Origin: Octopus vulgaris
Taxonomy: Eukaryota
Reading direction: 5' to 3'
Assembly (NCBI GenBank): GCA_951406725.2
Contig: OX597817.1
Location: 169,632,001-169,696,000, forward strand
DNA length: 64,000 bases
Within the stretch, counting starts at the first letter, position 1; each line of letters starts with the position of its first letter. The notes beneath the pieces were generated by a model. It did no database searches. It was not told the origin of the DNA and saw only the letters and a program-made list of their open reading frames with translations. Shown piece after piece: positions 50,378 through 62,900 of this stretch. A program made the translations under genes and the position numbers.

Positions 50378-50977
50378 AGAAACATAAGCTTCTGCTAATG
50401 ACATTACATTGATTTCGGCATAATTTATAAACATCTACGTTTGAATCGTTAATTCAGATGATTTCGCAAAATGTTTTATTCTGCCTCTTTAGTTAAAAAG
50501 TTAAAAACAGTTCAGAGGATAAATGAAGATAAAACTTATGAAAAGAAATAAGAAATATAAAAAAGGGCCAAAACAAAACTGGAAATAAAAACCAAATGCT
50601 TACTTTATAGAAGTAGATAGATTAGCTAAATCTTAACTAAGAATGGCCCTGTATCTCTACTGTAAGACACCTATTTCTGTCCCTGTATTCATACTTCGAC
50701 TTTTCATCACCTGACAGAAAGCCACCTTCCTCAATACTAATTCCCTTGGTCATGTCTTGCAAGTTACTTGGAGGCTTCACTGTTGCTGGTGCCACATAAA
50801 AAAAAAAGAAGCACCCAGTACTCTCTGTAAAGTGGTTGGTGTTAAGAAGTGCATCCAACCTTGGAAAATTATGCCAAAGCAGACTGTAGGTGTTGGAGCA
50901 GTCGTTAGACTTGCCAGGTCAAACCATTCTGCTGTCAAACCATTCAACCCCATGCCAGAATGGCAGAAGGGTGTTAG

Positions 50978-51004
50978 ATGAAGAAGGAAGTAGTAGAAGA
51001 AGAA

Positions 51005-51039
<35 letters not shown>

Positions 51040-51043
51040 AGAA

Positions 51044-51075
<32 letters not shown>

Positions 51076-51346
51076 AGAAGGATAAGGAGGAAGAGGAGGA
51101 GGGGAGGAGGAGAAGAAGAAGAGGAAGGAGGAGGAGGAGGAAGGAGGAGGAAGAAGAGGGAGGAGGAAGAGGAAGGAGGAGGAAGGAGAGGGAGAAGAAG
51201 AAAGTGTTGGTGATGATGATGACAATGACAACGACGGTGGTGATGATGATGATGACAACGATGGTGGTGATGGCGGTGGTGATGATGATGATGATGATGA
51301 TGACAACGATGGTGGTGATGGCGGTGGTGATGATGATGATGATGAT
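50978..51346. repeat. (GAA)n/(GGA)n and (GAT)n simple-repeat tract
   Basis: Direct inspection. Confidence 0.95.
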
Positions 51347-52086
51347 ATTTATTGATAGATTAGCTTATTATGCAATGTTGACTCTTTCTAATTTTGCTGT
51401 TTCCCTGTATTTCCACAATAGTAAATACCATTATAATTACACTGCAATAATTACCAATCATGTGATCACACCAACGTGGGAGGGTGTAATTTTCCTCACC
51501 AGACTTGTTTAAATATGATGAGTTATCTTCAACCCATAACAATGTACTCACGTTCCGATTACAAATCTATATTTCCTCTCCGAACAACTGCTGACATTTC
51601 ACATATATGTTACAATTATATTTCATACAAAGTCTATACTGATCATATTATATATTTTTGGCAATATATCCACAATGCACATTCTGAATTACATCCAAAA
51701 AGATTCAACCACCCAATGGGCCGGTCTTTATTATCAATACTCTAAAAACCTTTGACCCATTATCAAGCCGTGTTCTCCTTCAATTTCTTTTATTATTAAT
51801 ACTACAACACACACACACACACACACTCCCTTCCACCCTCCTCTCTCTCCACTTAATTTTTCATATAAATTCACTTATTACATTTGCCTTCCTTGGCTTA
51901 CTTTCTCTCATCACTATCATTGTGGCCCCACTATCCAGATCTCTATCATTTTCCAACCCCATTTCTAATTACCCAGGTTTGACAACAGTATCCCTAAATC
52001 ATAAAGGGTCTGACAATTTTGTGGGTACTGTAATCAATTAACCCTCTCACCCCAAAATTTCTGGCTTTGTGCCTATAGTAGAAAGG

Positions 52087-52119
<33 letters not shown>

Positions 52120-52121
<2 letters not shown>

Positions 52122-52303
52122 GTAAAAAGCACCCACTACACTCACGGAGTGGTTGGCGTTAGGAAGGGCATCCAGCCGTAGACACACTGCCAGATTTGAC
52201 TGGGCCTGATGAAGCCTTCTGGCTTCACAGACCCCCAGTAGAACCGTCCAACCCATGCTAGCATGGAAAACGGATGCTAAACGATGATGATGATGATGAT
52301 GAT
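52120..52303 (+). mobile_element. RTE 3' end (family B)
   Basis: Standard terminus. Confidence 0.8.
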
Positions 52304-52674
52304 GTCTCTCCTTCACAGGCTAATTAATTCTTTCCAATTTTGGCACAAGGCCAGCAATTTTAGGGAGATAGTTTATTACATCATCTCAATGTTTAACTGG
52401 TACTTATTTTACTGACACTGAAGAGATGAAAAGCAAAGTCTGCTTCAGAAGGCAAAGAAATCTCTGAAAGAAATCTCTCTAAGCATTTTGTCTGGCATGG
52501 GGAAGGACTCCGTGAGCTTCACAGATTAATTAATAAAACCAACCCCTCACTGATATAATGCATTCTCTTTTAAGATGTTACAATATGTTTTAAGGAAGAT
52601 TTGGCTACTATTACTAGCAGGTTAAGTGACTACATAGAGTCACCTCCATTATGTTGTTTTCACAGGTAGATATA

Positions 52675-52898
52675 CTCTTTACTCTTTACTCTTTTACTTG
52701 TTTCAGTCATTTGACTGCGGCCATGCTGGAGCACCGCCTTTAGTCGAGCAACTCGACCTCGGGACTTATTCTTTGTAAGCCCAGTACTTATTCTATCGGT
52801 CTCTTTTGCCGAACCGCTAAGTGACAGGGACGTAAACACACCAGCATTGGTTGTCAAGCGATGTTGGGGGGACAAACACAGACACACAAACACATACA

Positions 52899-52930
<32 letters not shown>

Positions 52931-53094
52931 CGACAGGCTTCTTTCAGTTTCCGTCTACCAAATCCACTCACAAGGCATTGGTCGGCCCGGGGCTATAGCA
53001 GAAGACACTTGCCCAAGATGCCACACAGTGGGACTGAACCCGGAACCATGTGGTTGGTTAGCTAGCTACTTACCACACAGCCACGCCTGCGCCT
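52675..53094 (-). mobile_element. SINE family A, full length
   Basis: Reverse complement of the 29761/32614 copies. Confidence 0.9.
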
Positions 53095-53199
53095 ATACTA
53101 GGAAGAAGAAATAAACTATTTTCTTACATGAAGGAAATAGTTTATTTGTCACATGTTGAAGAAGTCTAGCACAGCAAGACAGTGAAATATTTGCAGTAG

Positions 53200-53620
53200 A
53201 ATTTATAACAATTAGAGAGGAATGTGTAGGCAGCAGTCTTCAATAAAATAAAAATCATGAGATTGTCGCAGTGTGTCTCGTGTCTTCCATTGTTAATATG
53301 TTACAATAGCTTCATGTCGTAGGTGAATAACCAACTTGCTGAACGTTGTAATATTCCTTTATCCAATATATATAATAATTTGTAACTTTCGTGTCTACAA
53401 ATGAATTTATGTATATTACATTGGTCGTTTGGAGTTTATCCATGGCTTTGCTTGCTTGTGCTTTGTTATGAGGAAATGCTTAATATTCTGTATTTTGTAA
53501 TATATTTGTTATAGTAGTTTATAGATAGGTTTAAAACCCTTACTGTTCTGTTTTACAAGGTTTTGAGAACAAATTGCTTCCATTCTCTCCTACAATCTGC
53601 AACATTTAAAACTCATATGT
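53200..53620 (-). mobile_element. Possible highly decayed Penelope-like GIY-YIG relic
   Basis: NVIYI..(frameshift)..YIG-like spacing on the minus strand; many stops. Confidence 0.3.
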
Positions 53621-53798
53621 GACAAGGAACTACTACAGCAGATTACATTATACTTACAAATAAATGATAATCTAGACAAAAAAGCATCAGTCAAAACTGT
53701 AACTAATCTCTATATGATATTTTGCAAAGTTACAAATAGGTAAGGACTAAAAACTGTATAATGGTAGGGTCATTGTATCTATCAGAAATATACATACA

Positions 53799-53998
53799 CT
53801 CTTACTCTTTACTCTTTTACTTGTTTCAGTCATTTGACTGCGGCCATGCTGGAGCACTGCCTTTAGTCAAGCAAATCGATCCCGGGACTTATTCTTTGTA
53901 AGCCCAGTACCTATTCTATCGGTCTCTTTTGCCGAACTGCTAAGTTACGGGGACGTAGACACACCAGCATCAGTTGTGAAGCAATGCTAGGGGGACAA

Positions 53999-54045
<47 letters not shown>

Positions 54046-54210
54046 TACATATATACGACAGGTTTCCGTCTCACCAAATCCACTCACAAGGCATTGGTCG
54101 GCTCGGGGCTATAGCAGAAAACACTTGCCCAAGATGCCACGCAGTGGGACTGAACCCAGAACCATGTGGTTGGTTAGCAAGCTACTTACCACACAGCCAC
54201 TCCTGCGCCT
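53799..54210 (-). mobile_element. SINE family A
   Basis: Reverse complement of the family A consensus seen in this window. Confidence 0.9.
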
Positions 54211-54386
54211 ATATATACTGTTATATTGACTTACATTTTATCGTCAAATACTTTGTAATTAAATATATTATTAACATATCTGAGTTCCTTGCTGGACATT
54301 TATGACTTGACCATTGACACTCAACATCACTCAGATTCATTATATCTCAGCACTAGTCTGCTTTCCGGGACTGGTACTTATTTAAT

Positions 54387-54692
54387 GGTGGAGTCACATG
54401 GCCTAGTGGTTAGAGCAGCAGACTCACGGTCGAGGGATCACGGGTTCGAATCTCAGACCAGGCAATGTGTGTGTTTATGAGCGAAACACCTAAGCTCCAT
54501 GCGGCTCCAGTAGAAGGTAATGGCGAACTTCTGCTGACTCTCTCGCCACAACTTTCTCTCACTCTTTCCTCCTGCATCTTGCAGCTCACCTGTGACGGAC
54601 CGGTGTCCTGTCCAGGTGGGGAACCCATACGCCAAGGAAACCGGGAAACCGGCCCTTATGAACCAGGAATGGCTCGAGAAGGAACAAACAAC
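54387..54692 (+). mobile_element. tRNA-derived SINE family D (related to family C)
   Basis: tggcctagtggttagagc..gggttcgaatctc A/B boxes; (aac)-rich tail. Confidence 0.75.
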
Positions 54693-54889
54693 TTTTTATC
54701 TTGGAGGGATTTAAACCCAAAGTACAGAGATCCAGAACAAATACTTCAAAGTATTCTATGCAACATTATAACAATGCTGCTAATTCACTGTCTTAGTTTT
54801 CTTCTTGTAATTCAGGGATACCAATCAACTGTGCCAGTCAGACATACTTCATTAGTGAGGAACTTCTAATGGTAGTCATAATGGCATGG

Positions 54890-55156
54890 ACTCTTTTACT
54901 TGTTTCAGTCATTTGACTGTGGCCATGCTAGAGCACTGCCTTTAGTCAAGCAAATCGACCCCAGGACTTATTCTTTGTAAGCCTAGTGCTTATTCTATTG
55001 GTCTTTTTGCCGAACCGCTAAGTTACGGGAATGTAAATACATCACCATCAGTTGTCAAGCAATGTTGTGGGGTGGAGGGGTTACAAACGCAGACACACAA
55101 ACATATACACACACACACAAACATATACACACACACACAAACATATACACACACAC

Positions 55157-55202
<46 letters not shown>

Positions 55203-55364
55203 GACAGGCTTCTTTCAGTTTCCATCTACCAAATCCACTCACAAGGCTTTGGTTGGCCCAAGGCTATAGCAGAAGACACTTGCCCAAGGTGCCATGCAGT
55301 GGGAATGAACCCGGAACCATGTGGTTAGTAAGCAAACTACTTACCACACAGCCACTCCTGCACC
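54890..55364 (-). mobile_element. SINE family A
   Basis: Reverse complement of the family A consensus seen in this window. Confidence 0.85.
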
Positions 55365-55490
55365 TGAAGATGATTAATATTTTAATATTTCAAATAATGA
55401 AGCTTAAAACAGGAGTATGTAAAGGACATGTGTAAGTAATTTATGATGAAAAAAGAAAGTCAAAGTAAAGCTCATGGACAGATGGTTAAT

Positions 55491-57178
55491 GGACATTTGG
55501 CCAATAAAATAGACATCTGGTTTATGGACATTTGACCAATAGAATAGACATCTGGTTTATGGACATTTGACCAATAGAATAGACATCTGGTTTATGGACA
55601 TTTGACCTATAGAATAGACATCTGGTTAATGGACATTTGACCAATAGAATAGACATCTGGTTTATGGACATTTGACCAATAGAATAGACATCTGGTTTAT
55701 GGACATTTGACCAATAGAATAGACATCTGGTTTATGGACATTTGACCTATAGAATAGACATCTGGTTTATGGACATTTGACCAATAGAATAGACATCTGG
55801 TTTATGGACATTTGACCTATAGAATAGACATCTGGTTTATGGACATTTGACCAATAGAATAGACATCTGGTTTATGGACATTTGACCAATAGAATAGACA
55901 TCTGGTTTATGGACATTTGACCAATAGAATAGACATCTGGTTTATGGACATTTGACCTATAGAATAGACATCTGGTTAATGGACATTTGACCAATAGAAT
56001 AGACATCTGGTTTATGGACATTTGACCAATAGAATAGACATCTGGTTTATGGACATTTGACCAATAGAATAGACATCTGGTTTATGGACATTTGACCAAT
56101 AGAATAGACATCTGGTTTATGGACATTTGACCTATAGAATAGACATCTGGTTTATGGACATTTGACCAATAGAATAGACATCTGGTTTATGGACATTTGA
56201 CCTATAGAATAGACATCTGGTTTATGGACATTTGACCAATAGAATAGACATCTGGTTTATGGACATTTGACCAATAGAATAGACATCTGGTTTATGGACA
56301 TTTGACCTATAGAATAGACATCTGGTTTATGGACATTTGACCTATAGAATAGACATCTGGTTTCTGGACATTTGACCTATAGAATAGACATCTGGTTTAT
56401 GGACATTTGACCAATAGAATAGACATCTGGTTTATGGACATTTGACCTATAGAATAGACATCTGGTTTCTGGACATTTGACCAATAGAATAGACATCTGG
56501 TTTATGGACATTTGACCAATAGAATAGACATCTGGTTTATGGACATTTGACCTATAGAATAGACATCTGGTTTATGGACATTTGACCAATAGAATAGACA
56601 TCTGGTTTATGGACATTTGACCAATAGAATAGACATCTGGTTTATGGACATTTGACCTATAGAATAGACATCTGGTTTATGGACATTTGACCAATAGAAT
56701 AGACATCTGGTTTATGGACATTTGACCTATAGAATAGACATCTGGTTTATGGACATTTGACCAATAGAATAGACATCTGGTTTATGGACATTTGACCTAT
56801 AGAATAGACATCTGGTTTATGGACATTTGACCAATAGAATAGACATCTGGTTTATGGACATTTGACCAATAGAATAGACATCTGGTTTATGGACATTTGA
56901 CCTATAGAATAGACATCTGGTTTATGGACATTTGACCTATAGAATAGACATCTGGTTTCTGGACATTTGACCTATAGAATAGACATCTGGTTTATGGACA
57001 TTTGACCAATAGAATAGACATCTGGTTTATGGACATTTGACCTATAGAATAGACATCTGGTTTCTGGACATTTGACCAATAGAATAGACATCTGGTTTAT
57101 GGACATTTGACCAATAGAATAGACATCTGGTTTATGGACATTTGACCAATAGAATAGACATCTGGTTTATGGACATTT
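55491..57178. repeat. 35-bp satellite, 48 copies, highly homogeneous
   Basis: Unit ggacatttgacc(a/t)atagaatagacatctggtt(t/a)(a/c)t; 55491 to 57171 = 48 x 35. Confidence 0.97.
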
Positions 57179-57479
57179 AGTGAACATGATATTTGACAAA
57201 GCAGATTACAGTTCTATATTTAAGAGATGAGGAATTATGTACATTATTTACATTCGACAAATATCCGTCGAATGTAAATAATGTAAGTAATAAAGGCAGA
57301 TTACATTGGACATTTCATTGAGAAGACATTCCATTGACGGACATTTGACCAAGCAGACATTTTATTGGACATTTGACTAAGCACACATTTCATTGGACAT
57401 TTGACTAAGCACACATTTCATTGATAGATATTGACCAGGTAGACACGCATTGTCAGTATTAATTTCCCCAAGTTCACAT

Positions 57480-57920
57480 TAATTTATGGCTAAAAGTGAC
57501 ATCCTGCTAATCCTATCAATACCTCAAAGCCTACAGTTTCTTGCTTTCTAAAACCATTGGCTGCGTGATGAAACCTTTAATTATGCACCATTAGGCTTCC
57601 AGTTAAATACTATGCATGTTATGATGGATGAAAACCCTACAATTCCCTTATTATACAGCATCACAAAGAATTAAGGTCCAAGCAAAATAGAGTTGGTTTT
57701 TAGCACTTCCAACCAAGTAAAACCAGATCTTAATCCTATTTCAGTCACCAATGATTATGAAATAGCATCACAGTATATTTTCCAAACATGAGCCATTTCT
57801 GTATGCTTTTCCATTTCAGGCAGTGTTTATAGAGAGAAATGCAAAGATTAAGACTACAGATCTGATACAATTATCCAAGAAATACATTTATTATCAATTA
57901 CATTGCTTTAGCATTAGTAA
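57480..57920 (+). pseudogene. MULE transposase domain relic
   Basis: ILLILSIPQSLQFLAF*NHWLRDETFNYAPLGFQLNTMHV..IPLLYSI..KPDLNPISVTNDYEIA..FHFRQCL, matching the W..DGTF / PL.Y / TDFE / C.FH..Q MULE motifs. Confidence 0.75.
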
Positions 57921-58062
57921 CAGTCACTGACCACTAAATAAGGAAAGTGATGAACTTGAGTTTTTTGTGTGCTTTTTTTTTTTGCTACTTTGAAGTAAAA
58001 TAAATTAGTATTCTTCAGTATTGATGATGGTGAAGATCACGATTTGATGTCAGCATCTGTTA

Positions 58063-58253
58063 TCTTTCATCTTTTACTTGCTTCAGTTATGGGACTGTGG
58101 CCATGCTGGGGCATTGCTTTGAAGGGTTTAGTCAAATAAATCAACTCCAGTATTTATCTTAATTGTCTTTTTTTGCAAATCTGCTAAGTTTCAGGGATGT
58201 AAAAAAAACCCAGCACCAGTTGCTAAGCAATGGTGGGAACCAAATACAACATA

Positions 58254-58317
<64 letters not shown>

Positions 58318-58441
58318 GGATTCCCTCATCAGATTCTAGCTTCCACATTCACTCATAAGGCTTTTTGCAGCCTGGTGCTATAGCGCAAGACTCTTGCCCA
58401 AGATGCTGTGCGGTGGGACTGAACCCAAAACCACATGGTTG
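58063..58441 (-). mobile_element. SINE family A (diverged)
   Basis: Tail, (CA)n tract and head in reverse orientation. Confidence 0.7.
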
Positions 58442-58643
58442 TGCCAGATTAAAGGGAAACAGCATTTTAGAAGGACGGCATGGAGGCAGGTGAACAGAGA
58501 ATGGCAATCACACACCCCACTGTTTACCTGAATAGTTTAAAAACTGGAAGATGAAAAAATATTTGTTGGATTGGGAGTTGACAATTTGAGCTAGAAATAT
58601 CAGGAATGGAATTGAGGAAACTGAAGAAGAACAAATAATTCTC

Positions 58644-58860
58644 TTCTACTCTAGGCACAAGGCCCGGAATTTTTGGGGAAGGGATGAGGCTAGTTGATTA
58701 GATCAACCCCAGTATACAAATGGCACTTAATTTATTGACCCCGAAAGGATGAAAGGCAAAGTCGACTTTGGCGGAATTTGAACTCAGAACATAAAAACAG
58801 ACAAAATAGTGCAAAGTATTTCGCCCAGCATGCCAACGTTTCCACCATCTTGCTGCCTTA
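58644..58860 (-). mobile_element. SINE family F variant
   Basis: ccccgaaaggatgaaaggcaaagtcgac..ggaatttgaactcag. Confidence 0.8.
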
Positions 58861-58976
58861 AGAAGAACACAAGACTGAAGGGAATCAGTCAGAAATTTTA
58901 GAATTCCAAAATAAATTTCTTGAGTGCAATTCCACACAATTTCTAACTTTATTTTATTCTTTTACTAAATGTGGCT

Positions 58977-59363
58977 GTGGAGGCGCAATGGCCCAGTGGT
59001 TAGGGCAGCGGACTCGCGGTCACAGGATCGCGGTTTCGATTCCCAGACTGGGCGTTGTGAGTATTTATTGAGCGAAAACACCTAAAGCTCCACGAGGCTC
59101 CGGCAGGGGATGGTGGTGATCCCTGCTGTACTCCTTCACCACAACTTTCTCTCACTCTTACTTCCTGTTTCTGTTGTACCTGGATTTCAAAGGTGCCAGC
59201 CTTGTCACTCTCTGTGTCACGCTGAATATCCCCGAGAACTACGTTAAGGGTACACGTGTCTGTGGAGTGCTCAGCCACTTACACATTAATTTCACGAGCA
59301 GGCTGTTCCGTTGATCGGATCAACCGGAACCCTCGTCGTCGTAACCAACGGAGTGCTTCCACC
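58977..59363 (+). mobile_element. SINE family C, full length
   Basis: Flanking direct repeat aaatgtggc; near-identical to the 27880 copy. Confidence 0.9.
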
Positions 59364-59848
59364 AAATGTGGCCATACTGGAACCCTTGAAACCTTGAAGG
59401 GTTTTAGTCAAAATGAATCGACCCCTAGTCAACTGACTGAAACAAGTAAAAGATAAAGGATAAAAAATAAAATTACAAAAATGAATACAAAAAAAAAACT
59501 AACTAAAAAAGGGCCATACATCCATTGTGCATTGTGGGGACTGGCATGCCAAAGAATAGACCCAATGTTGCATCTGCATGGCATAAAAGGTGACTAAAAG
59601 GGGTTGAGGTAGGACCTGCACTCTGACTGTGTAAAAACACTAACCAGCAATGACTACCTAAATAGACCCATGGTTGGACTGTTGTCACTTGAGAGGTGCA
59701 AAAGCATCATCTACCAAGTGTAGTAGAGAATCACCAACAAATGGTGGATGCAGTGACATGCATCCACCACCACCACCACCACCACTACTACTACATATGT
59801 GCATTTAGATAAATATTTGTTCAGTTGTAAGTCCATTAGAATGAATAT

Positions 59849-60228
59849 TCTCTTTACTCTTTTACTCTTTTACTTGTTTCAGTCATTTGACTGTGGCCAT
59901 GCTGGAGCACCGCCTTTAGTCAAACAAATCGACCCCGGGACTTATTCTTTGTAAGCCCAGTACTTATTCTATCGGTCTCTTTTGCCGAACCGCTAAGTTA
60001 CGGGGACGTAAACACACCAGCATCGGTTGTCAAGCAATGCTAGGGGGACAAACACATACACACATATATATACATATATACGACAGGCTTCTTTCAGTTT
60101 CCGTCTACCAAATCCACTCACAAGGCATTGGTCGGCCCGGGGCTATAGCAGAAGACACTTGCCCAAGATGCCACGCAGTGGGACTGAACCCAGAACCATG
60201 TGGTTGGTTAGCAAGCTACTTACCACAC
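59849..60228 (-). mobile_element. SINE family A
   Basis: Reverse complement of the family A consensus seen in this window. Confidence 0.9.
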
Positions 60229-60659
60229 TAGTTTTGTAAACAAACAATGAGATTGAAAATGAAAAGAAGGGTTATGGGCCTATGTGCCATATTTTGGGAG
60301 TTTTTGCTCCTTCATCAGCCCCCATCTAACCCATTAATCCTCCATGAACTCTTTGTCCCCCTCTAACCTTTCATTCTCTGATACGAGTTCCCCTTTCATA
60401 ATTCCTTGTCTTTCAAATTTGCATATCAAACACATTCCAGGAATGTGTTAAATTAGCTTTGTGCTCACTCAGATAAATGTTCATTTGGTTATATGTCCAG
60501 TCTATCAACGCATCCAGTCAAATGTCAGTCAGTGGAATGTCCAGTTGATGAAATGACCTCTGGGGTGGTGGCTGCTTGATGAAATGGTCATTCAATGAAA
60601 TGTCCATTTAATCCAATGTCCATCAACCAGTCATTTGTCTAGCCACAGAAGAGACATTA

Positions 60660-60677
60660 TTGATGATGATGGTGATG

Positions 60678-60709
<32 letters not shown>

Positions 60710-60732
60710 GATGGTGGTGGTGATGATGATGG

Positions 60733-60779
<47 letters not shown>

Positions 60780-61115
60780 GTGATGAAAATGTTGACAAAT
60801 GGAGATAGTGGTGGGTGGTGGTAACAATGATGATGATAATGATGGTGGTGGTGATGATGATGGTGATGAAAAAGTTGACAAATGGTCGTAGTGGTGGGGG
60901 TGGTGGTGGCAACAATGATGATGATGATGATGAAGATGTTGACAAATGGTGATAGTGGTGGTAACAATGATGATGATAATGATGGTGATGCTGATGATGG
61001 TGGTGGTGGTGGTGATGATGATGGTGATGAAAATGTTGACAAATGGTGATAGTGGTGGTGGTGGTGGCAACAATGATGATGATAATGATGGTGATGCTGA
61101 TGCTGATGATGACAA
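60660..61115. repeat. (GAT/GGT)n tract with four embedded copies of gaaaatgttgacaaatggtgatagtggt
   Basis: Direct inspection; ~80-bp compound unit. Confidence 0.9.
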
Positions 61116-61359
61116 CAATCACAGTAACGATAGCAATAAAAAATACCATCGAGCAAGAAATAAGAGGCAATGGATGAAGAATTACAATATGAATTGAAGT
61201 CTCACTCAAATTCTTTTAACTTCATTTACTTTAGTAATTGTCTTGGGGAAAAGCCTGAATATTAATTATCTTGATGTTTTTTTCCCTCCTTCAAAATGTT
61301 AATTTTCCTGTGTTGTATCAAAAGTAAGTCATATTACTGTTAACGATGATTAATTATAC

Positions 61360-61621
61360 ATCTGTCTGGACCCCGTGTTGGTGGCACGTAAAAGCACCAT
61401 CCATTCGTGGCCGTTTGCCAGCTCTGTCTGGCACCTGTGCGGGTGGCACGTAAAAAGCACCCACTACACTCACGGAGTGGTTGGCATTAGGAAGGGCATC
61501 CAGCCGTAGAAACACTGCCAGATCTGACTGGGCCTGACGAAGCCTTCCAGCTTCACAGACCCCAGTTGAACTGTCCAACTCATGCTAGCATGGAAAGCGG
61601 ACGCTAAATGATGATGATGAT
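61360..61621 (+). mobile_element. RTE 3' end (family B)
   Basis: Standard terminus. Confidence 0.8.
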
Positions 61622-61651
61622 GCTAATAATGAATTTATAAATATATTTTAC

Positions 61652-61677
61652 CTCAACTCCACAACTTCGGCGATATT
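61652..61677 (-). CDS. Probable 26-nt micro-exon of the minus-strand gene
   Basis: ttttgttttattctcatttcag|AATATCGCCGAAGTTGTGGAGTTGAG|gtaaaa. The frame xYRRSCGVE ends in phase 0, compatible with the 43841 exon. Confidence 0.5.
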
Positions 61678-61785
61678 CTGAAATGAGAATAAAACAAAAT
61701 AATGTAATGACACATTTATTTAAAGCATCATTATTGTTCATTCTTGTCTTTGTCTAACCTTCCTTTACAGAAAACTAGTGATTTA

Positions 61786-62900
61786 TCTCTTATATAAAAT
61801 CTGTTGTCTGTGTGTGTGTATATATCTTCTAGGATCTCGGGCATCCTCCATCCACTGTGCTCAAATTTGATATGTAGATACCAACGGTATCAGGGCGGCG
61901 AACTGGCAGAAACGTTAGCACGCCGGGCGAAATGCTTAGCGGTATTTCGTCTGTGTTACGTTGTGAGTTCAAATTCCGTCGAGGTCGACTTTGCCTTTCA
62001 TCCTTTCGGGGTCGATAAATTAAGTACCAGTTACGCACTGGGGTCGATGGAATCGACTTAATACCTATGTCTGTCCTTGTTTGTTCCCTCTGTGTTTAGC
62101 CCCTTGTGGGTAATAAAGAAATAGGTATCAGGGCATTATAAGGCGGCGAGCTGGCAGAAATGTTAGCACGCCGGGCGAAATGCGTAGCCGTATTTCGTCT
62201 GTCGTTATGCTGTGAGTTCAAATTCCGCCGAGGTCGACTTTGCCTTTCATCCTTTCGGGGTCAATAAATTAAGTACCAGTTATGCACTGGGGTCGATGGA
62301 ATCGACTTAATACCTATGTCTGTCCTTGTTTGTCCCATCTATGTTTAGCCCCTTGTGGGTAATAAGGAAATAGGTATCAGTGCATTATAAGTCTTGAAAA
62401 AATTACAAAAATCAATTCCAGGTGAGAATGCGATCGATAAAGCCATGGGAAATCGTTTTTCTTTGGTTGCACAATCGACTATATGGCGCTGATAGGAGTT
62501 GCATCCCTGAACACCAAGCGTGCATATTTCTTACACAGTTGATCATTTTTCTTTCTTTTTCTTTTTCAACTACTGTTGAGTGCCAAACAAATTTGCCAAA
62601 CTCAATTTAGTCTATTATATAAAATCTGTTCTGTCTGTCTGTGTGTGTGTCTTCTAGGATCTCGGGCAGCCTCCATCCAATTGCGCTCAAATTTGATATG
62701 TATCAGGGTGTGTATAAGTCTTGAAAATATTACAAAAATCGATTCTAGGTGAGAATGCGATCAATAAAGTCATGGGAACGTGCATTTGTACGCGCAAGTA
62801 CATCAGCTGTTGTGATGTACTTACTGGTACTTCAACGTTTCAGTTGCATATTTTTGTGAATAAAATCGTTTTTCTTTGGAATAGAAAAAAGTCTATCTTT
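61786..62900 (+). mobile_element. Two tandem Helitron-like non-autonomous 5' segments, the first interrupted by two family F SINEs (61893-62122, 62142-62374)
   Basis: tctcttatataaaatctgttgtctg..tctaggatctcgggca at 61786 and tctattatataaaatctgttctgtctg..tctaggatctcgggca at 62611. Confidence 0.55.

Larger units (their letters stand above)
55476..60645 (+). mobile_element. Mutator-like element (MULE) relic with repeat-built termini, interrupted by SINEs
   Basis: Left end built of ggacattt-type repeats, transposase relic at 57480-57920, inverted aaatgtcc-type repeats at 60470-60645. Confidence 0.6.

Noticed and set aside
48094-51512. Poly-His/Ser/Arg/Met ORFs (also 60623-61209)
   Set aside because: Trinucleotide simple repeats with no splice or codon support
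51546-51720. GTGAGT donor on the minus strand with upstream CCAAT
   Set aside because: No good acceptor or sustained open frame; cannot be supported without transcripts
55491-57178. CRISPR-like 35-bp repeat
   Set aside because: Pure head-to-tail satellite without spacers
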